Part shown: piece after piece, positions 35,954-46,399 of the stretch | How positions within the stretch are numbered: the first letter of the stretch is position 1 | Layout: every line of letters begins with the position of its first letter | Virus record (IMG/VR): IMGVR_UViG_3300044846_003573 | Length of the DNA stretch: 64,000 bases | DNA from: a virus | Taxonomy: Duplodnaviria > Caudoviricetes | Reading direction: 5' to 3' (one strand) | Program-made: the position numbers and the translations under genes | The notes under the pieces: model-generated | The model's database searches: none | Told to the model about the DNA's origin: nothing | Seen by the model: the letters and a program-made list of their open reading frames with translations, nothing else

Positions 35954-35988
35954 TTTGATTATCTAAAAATTTCATCCTATATTTGTTA

Positions 35989-36327
35989 ATGAAATTGATT
36001 TTAGGAATGTTAGTGGGGTTACTTGCTCAAGTACTAACCTTCTTACAACTACAAGGAAGATGGAAGTATGATTGGATGAAAAACAACCAATGGTTGGTCG
36101 TACTAATGGGTATTCCGATTTCAATTTTATTTATGACATCAGTTGGTTTGATGGTTGAGCACTTCAACGGACAGTTGTGGCCATCAAGGTTGATAGGATT
36201 TGTGTTGGGAACAATTATGTTTACAATCTTATCTATTACATTGTTTGGTGAACCTATAACGGTTAAAACGGGAGTGTGTTTAGGTTTGAGTTTTTTGATA
36301 CTGATGGTTCAGTTGTTTTGGAAGTAA
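35989..36327 (+). CDS. four-helix small membrane protein (DMT/SMR-like)
   Basis: Four TM segments; C-terminal LFGEPITVKTGVCLGL resembles the end of SMR proteins. Confidence 0.65.
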   Translation: MKLILGMLVGLLAQVLTFLQLQGRWKYDWMKNNQWLVVLMGIPISILFMTSVGLMVEHFNGQLWPSRLIGFVLGTIMFTILSITLFGEPITVKTGVCLGLSFLILMVQLFWK

Positions 36328-36328
36328 A

Positions 36329-36402
36329 GCGCCCTTAGCTCATTCGGTTAGAGCAACTGACTCATAATCAGTGGGTGACAGGTTCGATTCCTGTAGGGCG
36401 CA
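36329..36402 (+). tRNA. trnI: tRNA(CAT), probably Ile2 (lysidine-type)
   Basis: actga-ctCATaa-tcagt; body resembles bacterial tRNA-Ile2. Confidence 0.85.
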
Positions 36403-36408
36403 CTTGTT

Positions 36409-36493
36409 GGTTGGATGGTGGAACAGGTAGACACGCAAGACTTAAAATCTTGTGGACATTACGTCCGTGCGGGTTCGATTCCCGCTCCGACTA
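36409..36493 (+). tRNA. trnL: tRNA-Leu(TAA)
   Basis: caaga-ctTAAaa-tcttg; variable arm. Confidence 0.93.
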
Positions 36494-36562
36494 CTAAAAA
36501 GACCCTCTAATTTATTTAGGGGGTTTTTTGGTTTTATTAATATTTATCATTATATTCGTATT

Positions 36563-36709
36563 ATGAAAAATCCATTTGAAGGTTTTACAGAGGAACAGAT
36601 TAAGAAACTGATGTTTTCTACTGATTTATCTTTATACGAAAGGAATAAAGAATTATTTGAGAAAAATGTCCGTATCAAACAAACTGAAAATAAGAAACCT
36701 ACTTCGTGA
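36563..36709 (+). CDS. small hypothetical protein
   Basis: MKNPFEGFTEEQIKKL..., after TATTTAT 36541-36547. Confidence 0.55.
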   Translation: MKNPFEGFTEEQIKKLMFSTDLSLYERNKELFEKNVRIKQTENKKPTS

Positions 36710-37760
36710 AGCTGTAGGTGTTCCTTCTGATATTGAAATGATGACTTCGGTATTTGCTGAGGTCGTTAAAAAACTGCTCTATTCTTTCAAGTCATCCAAT
36801 GAACCATTAGAGGAGGTTGAGATTGATGTTAAAACCATTGGTGAAAGTGTTATGCGTAGGGGTGAGATTGAAATTGACGGTGATAAATCTTGGAACATGG
36901 TTAAGGAAACTCAAAGCTTTGATGAACAGGAGTGGGGTAAGTTTCCGATGTATAAAAACCCTATTGATATTAAGTTTGAAATCTTTGAAGAGGGTGTTTT
37001 ACAGGCGGTTTATAAAAGTAATCTTAATGTTGATGCGTCACATAGTTTTGATGCTGCTGACTTCAAGAGTGGTGATGTGTTTGATATTAGTATGTTTGAT
37101 TTCCATATTAGAATGGATGAGGAAACGTGGGATAATCTGGAATTGTTATCTCCAACGTTGGAGTCAGTTATTTCACATGAGTTATTACATGCTTATCAGT
37201 TGTATAAGAGATATACTAATAAGGGTCAGATAGGATTTGGTAAGGGACAGGCAACAAATGTATTGGTTAACGCTATTAAAAGTGAGTTCTTACCTGAATG
37301 GAATAATTTTTTACATTTGATTTATTTGACTTTGAACTTTGAGCAAGACGCTCGTATTCCACAGGTGTCACATATTTTAAGAAGGACTAAAATTGATAGT
37401 TATGAAGATTTCATTGAAGCTTTAAGGGGTACATCGGTTTTTAAAGAGATTAAAGAATTAAGAGATTTCTCAGCGGATGATTTATTTGAATCATTAAAAA
37501 AGATTAATAGTCTCCAAGATATGATATTTAAAGAGGTGGCGGTTGAGAAGGCTTATGAATGGATTTTTGAATGGAATGATATTTTGGAAAAGATTGTTGA
37601 ACATACGGTTGCGAATGGTGTTAGTCCATCGAAGATTGACGCAATACCATTGGCCGTTAGAAAAGACCCAAAGAAGTTTTTTGAATACTTTGAAAGAAAG
37701 TTTAAATTCACGGCTAATAATATGTTAAAGAGAGTTTCAAAACTTTATTCTTTAAGATGA
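36666..37760 (+). CDS. HExxH zinc-metallopeptidase-like protein, paralog of 16095-17144
   Basis: ISHELLHAYQ..NFEQDARIPQ, with the same architecture as 16095. Confidence 0.65.
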   Translation: MSVSNKLKIRNLLREAVGVPSDIEMMTSVFAEVVKKLLYSFKSSNEPLEEVEIDVKTIGESVMRRGEIEIDGDKSWNMVKETQSFDEQEWGKFPMYKNPIDIKFEIFEEGVLQAVYKSNLNVDASHSFDAADFKSGDVFDISMFDFHIRMDEETWDNLELLSPTLESVISHELLHAYQLYKRYTNKGQIGFGKGQATNVLVNAIKSEFLPEWNNFLHLIYLTLNFEQDARIPQVSHILRRTKIDSYEDFIEALRGTSVFKEIKELRDFSADDLFESLKKINSLQDMIFKEVAVEKAYEWIFEWNDILEKIVEHTVANGVSPSKIDAIPLAVRKDPKKFFEYFERKFKFTANNMLKRVSKLYSLR

Positions 37761-38137
37761 AATATAAATTAACACCACATCAATATCAGAAACTTCAGAA
37801 CATGATTTATAATGTTATTGAGGATATGATGCCTGAACATATTAATGTTGAGTATGTTGATGGTTATTATCATAGTGATTTGAATGATGTGGATGATATA
37901 AATGAAATTGATTCGGTTTTATTTTATGACGCGGAAAGTTACGAAAATCTTTTTAAGATACGTATAAGACATCATTATGATAATACTGTTCCTAAAATAT
38001 TTATTGAGGATTTTATTAAAGAAAAACTTGATGGTTTATTTGGTGAGGGTAGATGGCATGAACAGTTAATCAAATGGATTGAATACAATCATCCTGAGGT
38101 TTCCACTTTATATGACAAAATTAAATCTGTTGTGTAA
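37757..38137 (+). CDS. hypothetical protein
   Basis: N-terminus MKYKLTPHQYQKL. Confidence 0.7.
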   Translation: MKYKLTPHQYQKLQNMIYNVIEDMMPEHINVEYVDGYYHSDLNDVDDINEIDSVLFYDAESYENLFKIRIRHHYDNTVPKIFIEDFIKEKLDGLFGEGRWHEQLIKWIEYNHPEVSTLYDKIKSVV

Positions 38138-38148
38138 TACTTATTAGT

Positions 38149-39303
38149 ATGGCTATCATATATAATAGTATTACTCCAAACAAAATTAAAATAGATTATA
38201 CCACACAAGGGTTTCCAAATACCTTTAATTACGACTCAAATTATTTAAACATTAATACATGGTATTTTGGTATTGATGTTAATAGACCTTACGGACCTTC
38301 TTCAGGTACTGGATGGTATCAGGGGGTTGATGCTCGTACAATAGATGAAGCGACCTACACCATTTATTATACAGGAACAACAATTGGTAATACAGGTAAT
38401 GCCAATGACAAATATAGATGTGTTCAATATGACAACCAATCAGATGTTATAAACTTTGTTAATAATGTAACCGCAGGTTTTCCTACTTTTGGTTCATTAC
38501 CGGATGCATTGAATTGGTTTAAAGATGATGGTTATACTAGAGGTGGTCTAGGTGAAATGGTCTGTGTTAATATGAATTATCCTAATATACCAACATCAGG
38601 ATTAACTTTTGGTGTCGATTCTGGGTTTGTTGCATCCTATCCATGGACAAACCCAACGTGGTATGATTTCGGAATGTCTACTATGAGTGGATTTTCAGGT
38701 AATTCAAGAATAATCCAACATTTTGACAACAGTTTATTTTTTGATTTTATAGATGATGGTTCCCCAACTGAATACTTTACGTCATCAAAACAGGAAAACT
38801 TAGGACAAGATTTTACTGTAATATTTTGGGGTTCACCGGCAGCAGTTGCTGATACTAGAACTCATTCAGTATTTTCAGTTAGGTCAAATAATCGTTCAAA
38901 CTATGTTGGTATTTACGATGATAAGTTTTCAATAACTTTTTATTTCACGGTTCGTGATACTACCGATGGTTTAAAAACTAGACAAGGTGCTACCAATTAC
39001 ACTTCAGGTGTTTGGGCTCAATTCTCATATGTTTTTGAAACCAATAGTGGTGGAACAACGACAACTAGTTTTTATTATAATGATAGTCTTGAAGAAACAA
39101 ATGAAGAAAGTTATTTAGTTGAATCATGGAACTCGGATATTGGTGAAGGATGGGTTATTGGACAGCTTGCTGGTGCAAAATCAGTTACTGAAAACTATTT
39201 TGGTGGTATGGCAGTTGTATTGGTTTATGATAGAGCTCTCAGCGCAACTGAAATTGCTGACATATACCAAAACTATCTTGAAACAAGAACGTTATTTCAG
39301 TGA
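38149..39303 (+). CDS. LamG/concanavalin-A-like jellyroll domain protein (probable virion or receptor-binding accessory)
   Basis: WAQFSYVF..FYYND..WVIGQ..YFGGMAVVLVYDRALSATEIADIYQ. Confidence 0.8.
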   Translation: MAIIYNSITPNKIKIDYTTQGFPNTFNYDSNYLNINTWYFGIDVNRPYGPSSGTGWYQGVDARTIDEATYTIYYTGTTIGNTGNANDKYRCVQYDNQSDVINFVNNVTAGFPTFGSLPDALNWFKDDGYTRGGLGEMVCVNMNYPNIPTSGLTFGVDSGFVASYPWTNPTWYDFGMSTMSGFSGNSRIIQHFDNSLFFDFIDDGSPTEYFTSSKQENLGQDFTVIFWGSPAAVADTRTHSVFSVRSNNRSNYVGIYDDKFSITFYFTVRDTTDGLKTRQGATNYTSGVWAQFSYVFETNSGGTTTTSFYYNDSLEETNEESYLVESWNSDIGEGWVIGQLAGAKSVTENYFGGMAVVLVYDRALSATEIADIYQNYLETRTLFQ

Positions 39304-39335
39304 CAATTTGTCATACTTTTTTCTTTGGTACATTG
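39301..39335 (+). promoter_or_regulatory. putative heat-shock regulatory motif upstream of dnaK
   Basis: Palindrome TGACAATTTGTCA (39301-39313) followed by TGGTACATTGTTT. Confidence 0.45.
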
Positions 39336-39405
39336 TTTAATAATGGGGGTCGGACTTGACTCCATAAAAAATAATCAATATTATTAAACAAAATTAAATT
39401 AAACT

Positions 39406-41277
39406 ATGGGAAAAATTATAGGTATTGACCTTGGAACAACTAATTCATGTGTTGCCGTAATGGAAGGTAACGAACCAGTTGTAATTACAAACAGTGAAGG
39501 AAAAAGAACCACCCCTTCAATTGTGGGTTTCTTAAATGGTGGTGAGAGAAAGGTTGGCGACCCGGCTAAACGTCAGGCGGTTACTAATCCTGATAAGACT
39601 ATCTCATCTATCAAACGTTTCATGGGAACAAGTTTTGATGAAAGTAAGGGTGAGGTTAAACGTGTACCTTATAAAGTGGTTAAGGGTGATGGTGGAACTC
39701 CTCGTGTTGAGATTGAGGATAGAAAGTATTCACCACAAGAAATTTCCGCAATGGTTCTTCAAAAGATGAAACAAACTGCTGAGGACTATTTGGGAAGTGA
39801 AGTTACTGAAGCGGTTATCACCGTACCGGCATACTTCAACGATGCTCAACGTCAAGCTACAAAAGAAGCTGGTGAGATTGCGGGATTGAAGGTGATGAGA
39901 ATTGTTAACGAACCAACTGCGGCAGCACTTGCTTACGGATTGGACAAACAATCTAAAGATATGAAGATTGTTGTGTTTGACTGTGGTGGTGGAACACATG
40001 ACGTATCTGTGTTGGAACTTGGTGATGGTGTGTTTGAAGTATTGTCTACTGATGGTGATACACACCTTGGTGGTGATGACTTTGACCAAGCAATCATTGA
40101 CTGGTTGGTTACAGAGTTCAAAGATGAAAACGGAATTGACTTGACCAAAGATGCTATGGCTCTTCAACGTCTTCGTGAAGGAGCTGAGAAGGCGAAGATT
40201 GAATTATCTTCTTCACCATCTACGGAGATTAACTTACCATATATTATGCCTGTTGATGGTATACCGAAACACTTGGTAAGAACTTTAACTAAGGCTAAGT
40301 TTGAACAACTTGTTGATAGTTTGGTTGAAAGAACTATTGCTCCTTGTAAGTCGGCATTGAAGAACGCAGGAATTAAGACAAGTGATATTGACGAAATCAT
40401 TTTGGTTGGAGGAACAACACGTATTCCGGCAATTCAGGAAGCAGTTAAGAAGTTCTTCGGTAAGGAACCATCAAAGGGTGTTAACCCTGATGAGGTTGTT
40501 GCTCTTGGAGCAGCAATTCAGGCAGGTGTATTAGCAGGTGATGTTAAAGATGTATTGTTATTAGATGTAACACCACTATCACTTGGTATTGAAACTATGG
40601 GTGGAGTATTCACAAAGTTAATTGAGGCTAACACGACTATCCCGACTAAGAAGTCACAGGTATTCTCAACTGCGGTTGATAACCAACCTACCGTTGAAAT
40701 CCATGTATTACAAGGTGAGAGAGCGATGGCTAAAGACAACCGAAGTATTGGACGTTTCCACTTGGATGGTATCCCACCGGCACAAAGAGGTATTCCACAG
40801 GTTGAGGTAACATTTGATATTGATGCTAATGGTATCATCAATGTATCGGCATTAGACAAAGGAACTAACAAACAACAAAATATCCGCATTGAATCATCAT
40901 CAGGACTTTCGAAAGAAGAGATTGAAAAGATGAGACAAGAGGCGGAGATGAACGCTGAATCAGATAAGAAAGCAAAAGAAGATGCTGAGGTTATCAACCA
41001 AGCTGACACAACAATCTTCCAAGTGGAAAAGTCTTTAAAAGATATTGAAGATAAAATCACGGAAGAACAAAAGTCAGAGGTAACAACTGCTCTTGAAGAA
41101 TTGAAATCTGCTCATTCATCAAAGGACATTGAGAAGATTAAGGAAGGAATTGAGAACATTAATAACGTGTTTCAAGGGATTACCGCAAATCTTTATAGTC
41201 AATCGTCTGATATGAATGAAACCATGACTGATGATTCTGAAGTATCTGATGTAGATTTTGAAGAAGTTGGTAAGTAG
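39406..41277 (+). CDS. dnaK: Hsp70 chaperone DnaK
   Basis: [54 protein letters not shown]-terminal DVDFEEV. Confidence 0.98.
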   Translation: MGKIIGIDLGTTNSCVAVMEGNEPVVITNSEGKRTTPSIVGFLNGGERKVGDPAKRQAVTNPDKTISSIKRFMGTSFDESKGEVKRVPYKVVKGDGGTPRVEIEDRKYSPQEISAMVLQKMKQTAEDYLGSEVTEAVITVPAYFNDAQRQATKEAGEIAGLKVMRIVNEPTAAALAYGLDKQSKDMKIVVFDCGGGTHDVSVLELGDGVFEVLSTDGDTHLGGDDFDQAIIDWLVTEFKDENGIDLTKDAMALQRLREGAEKAKIELSSSPSTEINLPYIMPVDGIPKHLVRTLTKAKFEQLVDSLVERTIAPCKSALKNAGIKTSDIDEIILVGGTTRIPAIQEAVKKFFGKEPSKGVNPDEVVALGAAIQAGVLAGDVKDVLLLDVTPLSLGIETMGGVFTKLIEANTTIPTKKSQVFSTAVDNQPTVEIHVLQGERAMAKDNRSIGRFHLDGIPPAQRGIPQVEVTFDIDANGIINVSALDKGTNKQQNIRIESSSGLSKEEIEKMRQEAEMNAESDKKAKEDAEVINQADTTIFQVEKSLKDIEDKITEEQKSEVTTALEELKSAHSSKDIEKIKEGIENINNVFQGITANLYSQSSDMNETMTDDSEVSDVDFEEVGK

Positions 41278-41297
41278 TTCATAACCAACTAATGTTA

Positions 41298-41325
41298 AAA
41301 CCCCTCACTTTGAGGGGTTTTTTTA
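41298..41325 (+). terminator. intrinsic terminator
   Basis: aaaacccctcactttgaggggttttttt. Confidence 0.8.
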
Positions 41326-41348
41326 TTTAATAAAGGTATTTATGAAAT

Positions 41349-42620
41349 ATGACGAAAAATACAAAAATCTATTTACTTTTTTCTATTTTAATAATGTCTG
41401 TATTCTTTTTGGTTAAAACATCTGTTTTACTTGAAATACAGGAATCAACAAGAGTTACACGTGGTATTGAATACATTTGTTTTATTTTGTTAATTCCTAT
41501 ATCAATATTAATGATTAAAGACTTTATCAAATCTAATAAAAATTCAATATCTAAAGAATCTGTAGATAAGTTAATTAAATTAGAAAATGAACTTACTAAT
41601 AGAATGACCGCTATCAATAAATCTAATGCGGTTATTGAATTTGATTTAGAAGGTAATATTATTTTTGCCAATGATTTGTTTATAAAAACTATGGGATATC
41701 CATCACAGGATGAAATAGTTGGAAAACATCACAGAATTTTTGTGGAAGATGATTATGAGAAAAGTGAGGATTATTGTCTTTTTTGGGAAAAATTAAGAAG
41801 TGGTGTATTATTTTCAGGGGAAATTGTTAGAGTTAAAAAAGATGGGTCTTTAGTTTATTTACAAGCGACCTACAATCCTATTTTTGATACTGATGGTAAG
41901 ATTTATCGTGTTATGAAAATCGCTATTGATATCACGAATTCTTACGAACAGAAGAAAGAGATTGAAAGAAAGAATACATACTTGGAACATGCTGCTAAGA
42001 TATTGAGACACGATATGCATTCAGGTATTAATACCTATATACCAAGAGGTGTTAACTCGTTGGAGAGAAGATTAACTCAAGAAGATATTGTTAAACTTAA
42101 AATTGAGGCACCACTTAAAATGATTAAGGAAGGACTTAAGCATTCACAGAAAGTTTATAAAGGTGTTTATGAATTTACCAATCTGGTAAAGAAAGATGTT
42201 GTTCTTAATAAAACTGAATTTAACATCAAGGACATTCTCAAGGACTATTTGTCCTCGACGGCATACATTAGTCAGGTTATGTTGGATGATAACCTACCAA
42301 CGATTGAAGTTAATGAACCATTGTTTTGTACAGCATTGGATAACCTAATTAGGAATGGTTTAAAATATAATGATTCAGATACCAAGTTTGTTAAGATATA
42401 CTCTGAAGGTGATATGATATTCATACAGGATAATGGTAGAGGTATTACCCAAGAAGATTTTAATTATTTATCAAAACCATACACCAGAAAAGAAGGTCAA
42501 AAAGAATCGGGTACTGGTTTAGGATTGAATATCTGTGTTGCCATTTTAGAAGAACACGGATTTAAAATAACCTGTGAAAAAAATGAAACAGGAACTAAAA
42601 TGAAAATCAAATTTAAATGA
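41349..42620 (+). CDS. membrane-bound PAS-domain sensor histidine kinase
   Basis: Two TM helices; PAS (SNAVIEFDLEGNIIFANDLF..GKHHRIFV..FWEKL..YLQATYNPI); H-box RHDMH; N-box DNLIRNGLKYN; G1 QDNGRGI; G2 GTGLGL. Confidence 0.93.
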   Translation: MTKNTKIYLLFSILIMSVFFLVKTSVLLEIQESTRVTRGIEYICFILLIPISILMIKDFIKSNKNSISKESVDKLIKLENELTNRMTAINKSNAVIEFDLEGNIIFANDLFIKTMGYPSQDEIVGKHHRIFVEDDYEKSEDYCLFWEKLRSGVLFSGEIVRVKKDGSLVYLQATYNPIFDTDGKIYRVMKIAIDITNSYEQKKEIERKNTYLEHAAKILRHDMHSGINTYIPRGVNSLERRLTQEDIVKLKIEAPLKMIKEGLKHSQKVYKGVYEFTNLVKKDVVLNKTEFNIKDILKDYLSSTAYISQVMLDDNLPTIEVNEPLFCTALDNLIRNGLKYNDSDTKFVKIYSEGDMIFIQDNGRGITQEDFNYLSKPYTRKEGQKESGTGLGLNICVAILEEHGFKITCEKNETGTKMKIKFK

Positions 42621-43234
42621 AAACATTACTAACTTTTATTTTCTTAACAATTTCTTTGTTTGGGTTTAGTCAAATTAAATACCCAATTCAAACAATCTAT
42701 AGAGGTGACTCTGTTGTTATCCTATCTGTTAAACAATCTGTTGATATTAATAAAGCAATTGAAACACAAAGAAGGATTATTAGAGAACAAGGTAAAAAAA
42801 TCACATCCTTAAATAATAAGATAGATAGTTTAAATAACATTGTTGAAAATATACCTAACATGTTAGATAGTATCAAATATGTAGCAGATACGACATATAA
42901 ATGGGCTGATGAATTGAATATGACTCTTTGGGAATACGCTACAAATGGAGCGTTCATATACACTATACCCCCATACAACAAGTTATATTTTGTGAATTTA
43001 GATGATTACAATCTTTACACTCATGAATACGGAAAAATTCTTGTTTTTGAAAAAATGACTAAAAGTGAGTATGAAGAATATAAAAAATTCAGAGAAGAGT
43101 TTGATATGCAGTTCGCACCAGCAACAAATTATTTTCACAATTTAAAGTTTCTTGATTTTAATGGTATAACTCGAAGATATGAATCATGGATTTGGAAAAA
43201 TAAAAGTTTATTAAAAGAAGAATTAAAAAAGTAA
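42617..43234 (+). CDS. secreted coiled-coil protein
   Basis: Signal peptide (SLFGFSQ) and a coiled-coil segment; translationally coupled between the two kinases. Confidence 0.75.
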   Translation: MKTLLTFIFLTISLFGFSQIKYPIQTIYRGDSVVILSVKQSVDINKAIETQRRIIREQGKKITSLNNKIDSLNNIVENIPNMLDSIKYVADTTYKWADELNMTLWEYATNGAFIYTIPPYNKLYFVNLDDYNLYTHEYGKILVFEKMTKSEYEEYKKFREEFDMQFAPATNYFHNLKFLDFNGITRRYESWIWKNKSLLKEELKK

Positions 43235-44562
43235 TGAAAAAGATAATATTATTGATTTTAGTAACACTCGTATCGACAGGTTTACACTCACAAAATTTGA
43301 ATTACAACGATACATTAGTTGACGGAATTGACGTTTCATGGTCTAACGATAATTTACAGATTGATGGTGATACTAGTCAAGTTGCGGCTATGGATATACA
43401 AGAAATCGTTACAACTTGGATTCCACCTGAACCTGAACCAGTTGATGAAACTAAATTGTCTGAAAGTGATTTAGCAAGTATTGCTGAAGACTTACAGTTT
43501 TTAACTGACTTACCAAAATCGTATACTGATTTACCTAAAGAAGATTTAAAAAATGTATTAGTTCAAATTGATAACAAGATTAATAAACTTACCGCAGAAC
43601 GAGATTTATTATTAGCTCAAGCTATAAGAAATGAAGAACTTATAAAATCAAAAGAAAATACCATTACTTCGTTAAGTAAAGAAAAGAATATCATCGGTTT
43701 GACTTTGGAGACTGATGACTTAATGGATGAGAATGGAAATTTGATGACTGAAAAAACTGATTTGGAAAAACAAAGAGAGACCTTGAAGAAATACCTTTAT
43801 GGTGCTTTAGGTGTTGTTATACTGTTTGTTTTAATATTGGCGGTTGTCTTACAAAGAAAGAGAATACAAGTACAGGATGTTGAGATTGAACAACAGATTA
43901 GTGATATTGCTAAGAAGAATAGTTACTTGGAACACGCTGCAAGAATCATTAGACATGACATGCACTCAGGTATTAACACATACATGCCAAGAGGTATTAC
44001 ATCATTAGAAAAAAGATTAACCGTTGAGGACATCCAAAGATTAAAGATTGAAGGGGCACTTAAGATGGTTAAAGAAGGATTAAACCATACGCAAAAAGTT
44101 TATAAGAGTGTTTATGAGTTTACCAATCTTGTTAAACAAAATGTTGTGTTAAATAAATCTGTGGTTAATCTTAAAGATTTGATTTGGAAATACATTTCAC
44201 CAAATTCATATAGTTCACAGGTTGAGATATCTGACTTGGGTGATATGGAAGTGAATGAGACTTTATTCTGTAATGCGGTTGAGAACTTAATTAAGAATGG
44301 TTTATCATATAACGATAGTGAAGTTAAAAAAGTTAAGATATACAACGAAGAAGAATATTTAATAGTTGAGGATAACGGTAAAGGATTCTCACAAAAACAA
44401 CTTGAAAAACATTTAACAAAATACTCAAAGAAGGCTGATGTCACTGGTGAAGAGAAGGGTCTTGGGTTGAATATATGTGTTGCGATATTAGAAGAACATG
44501 GTTTTAAATTGAGTTGTGAAAAAATTGAAGGTGGAACCAAAATGAAAATAAAAATAAAATAA
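43234..44562 (+). CDS. sensor histidine kinase with extracytoplasmic coiled-coil domain
   Basis: Signal peptide, one TM helix, H-box RHDMHSGINTY, ENLIKNGLSYN, EDNGKGF, KGLGLNI. Confidence 0.92.
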   Translation: MKKIILLILVTLVSTGLHSQNLNYNDTLVDGIDVSWSNDNLQIDGDTSQVAAMDIQEIVTTWIPPEPEPVDETKLSESDLASIAEDLQFLTDLPKSYTDLPKEDLKNVLVQIDNKINKLTAERDLLLAQAIRNEELIKSKENTITSLSKEKNIIGLTLETDDLMDENGNLMTEKTDLEKQRETLKKYLYGALGVVILFVLILAVVLQRKRIQVQDVEIEQQISDIAKKNSYLEHAARIIRHDMHSGINTYMPRGITSLEKRLTVEDIQRLKIEGALKMVKEGLNHTQKVYKSVYEFTNLVKQNVVLNKSVVNLKDLIWKYISPNSYSSQVEISDLGDMEVNETLFCNAVENLIKNGLSYNDSEVKKVKIYNEEEYLIVEDNGKGFSQKQLEKHLTKYSKKADVTGEEKGLGLNICVAILEEHGFKLSCEKIEGGTKMKIKIK

Positions 44563-45285
44563 GTGGCATACGTTTACCAACATATTAGAAAAGACACTAA
44601 TGAACCTTTTTATATTGGGATTGGTAGTGATTTAAATTTTTATCGGGCTAATAAGTTCTCTGAAAGAAATGAAATATGGGAAAGAATTAAAAATAAAACT
44701 GAAATTTTAGTTGAAATATTACATAATAATATTGAATGGGATGAAGCTTGTGAAATTGAGATAGAACTAATAAAAAAATATGGTAGAATAAATAATAAAA
44801 CTGGTATTTTATCTAATATGACTGATGGAGGTGAAGGGACTTTGAATCGGGTGATTAATGAAGATACTAGGTATTTGTTAGGTAATGGAAATAGAGGGAA
44901 ACAAAGAACTGACGAATCTAGGTTAAAACAAAGTATTACTAATAAAGGTGTTAAAAAAACAAAAGAACATTGTGAAAAAATACGACAATATAGATTAGGA
45001 AAAAAAATGAGTGAGGAGAGCAAGAAAAAAATGTCGGAAAATTCAAAAGGAAGACAAACTTGGAATAAAGGGGTTAAATTTACAGAAGAATCTAAAATTA
45101 AAATGAGTAATTCAAAAAAAGGTAAAAAAACTTCAGGTAATAACCCAAATTCTAAAATAGTTTTAAATACTGAAAATGGTATTTATTATGATACTCTTAA
45201 AGATGCTGCGTTATCTGTTAATATAGGGTATTCAAATTTTAAACAAAAAATAAAAAAAAATAAAATAAATTTTAAATATGTGTAA
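44563..45285 (+). CDS. GIY-YIG-type homing endonuclease with NUMOD3-like repeats
   Basis: YVYQHIRKDTNEPFYIGIG; LSNMTDGGEG; repeated SEESKKKMS-like motifs; GTG start. Confidence 0.85.
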   Translation: MAYVYQHIRKDTNEPFYIGIGSDLNFYRANKFSERNEIWERIKNKTEILVEILHNNIEWDEACEIEIELIKKYGRINNKTGILSNMTDGGEGTLNRVINEDTRYLLGNGNRGKQRTDESRLKQSITNKGVKKTKEHCEKIRQYRLGKKMSEESKKKMSENSKGRQTWNKGVKFTEESKIKMSNSKKGKKTSGNNPNSKIVLNTENGIYYDTLKDAALSVNIGYSNFKQKIKKNKINFKYV

Positions 45286-45287
45286 AA

Positions 45288-45719
45288 ATGATTGATTCAA
45301 TTTTATTGGTTGATGATGAAGACCTTTTTCATCTAGTTTTTGAGGACTCTTGTTCATTACTTGACATTACATTGTCATTAAGAAGTTTGAACAGTTCGGA
45401 TGAAGCTGCTAAACTATTTGCTGGATGGCAAAAAGATACATCACAAAAACCTGAATGTGTGTTTGTGGATTTAAACATTATAGGTTCATCCTTTGATGGT
45501 ATTGAACTTATCCGTAAGATTAACTTTGAATATGGTAACCATGTAGTTATCGGTATCATATCTTCAAGTAACGAACCTGAAGAACAGGCTAAGGCAGTTC
45601 AGGCTGGTGCTCAGTTTTGGATTATCAAGTCGGATGACATTGAACCAAGACTTGAAGAGTTTAAGAAAGACTACGACGGATATAAGAACAGAACAAACCC
45701 TTTCAAAGTTTATAAATGA
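45288..45719 (+). CDS. single-domain response regulator (CheY-like receiver)
   Basis: ILLVDDED acidic pocket, VFVDLNI phosphoacceptor Asp, IISSS, GAQFWIIKS conserved Lys; no output domain. Confidence 0.93.
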   Translation: MIDSILLVDDEDLFHLVFEDSCSLLDITLSLRSLNSSDEAAKLFAGWQKDTSQKPECVFVDLNIIGSSFDGIELIRKINFEYGNHVVIGIISSSNEPEEQAKAVQAGAQFWIIKSDDIEPRLEEFKKDYDGYKNRTNPFKVYK

Positions 45720-46399
45720 TTGTTTTAGATAAAAATACAAAGAAGATATTAATGGAGACCTTTAAGACCAAGAACATTGGTCTTGAGGGTAACATTACTA
45801 AATTAATAGATGCTGAAGATGACCAAGAGTTTAAAGAGTATCTTAAAACTTGTATTGAAAAGGATACGACAACTAGACGTAAACGTTTAGAGATGACCAA
45901 ACAGGTTCAGGTTCAGAACAAAGACTTGACTGAACTTAACGAAGAAAACCAAAGAATACTTGAGGAACTCCAAAATACTTTAACAGGTATGGAGAACCAA
46001 AACAATCAGATTGAGAGTCAAAACTCTGAACTTCTTGAATGGAAATTAGAAAACGAAAAGATTAGTGCCGAACTTGTTGAGGCGATGAAACAATCTGAAC
46101 AAGCAAGAATAACTGCTGAAAACGCTAAAAACGAAGCGGAAAACAATTTGGATTTAATACAGAAGAAAACTCAATTTGAGTTGATTAATAATATTGTTAG
46201 AGTTGCTCTCTATGTAATCATAGGTGTTGGATTTATTACGACTGGTATATATGTTTATTCTATGTCAATAGGAATGGATACAGACATCATCGGCTCTACT
46301 TGGAGTAATATGTTTGGTATTCTATTAACAAATAGTTTCAGTATCGTGGGAACAATACTTGGGGTGAAGTATGGGGCAAGTCCTAACAAGGATAAATAA
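45716..46399 (+). CDS. coiled-coil protein with two C-terminal TM helices
   Basis: Long heptad region followed by two hydrophobic segments. Confidence 0.8.
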   Translation: MIVLDKNTKKILMETFKTKNIGLEGNITKLIDAEDDQEFKEYLKTCIEKDTTTRRKRLEMTKQVQVQNKDLTELNEENQRILEELQNTLTGMENQNNQIESQNSELLEWKLENEKISAELVEAMKQSEQARITAENAKNEAENNLDLIQKKTQFELINNIVRVALYVIIGVGFITTGIYVYSMSIGMDTDIIGSTWSNMFGILLTNSFSIVGTILGVKYGASPNKDK

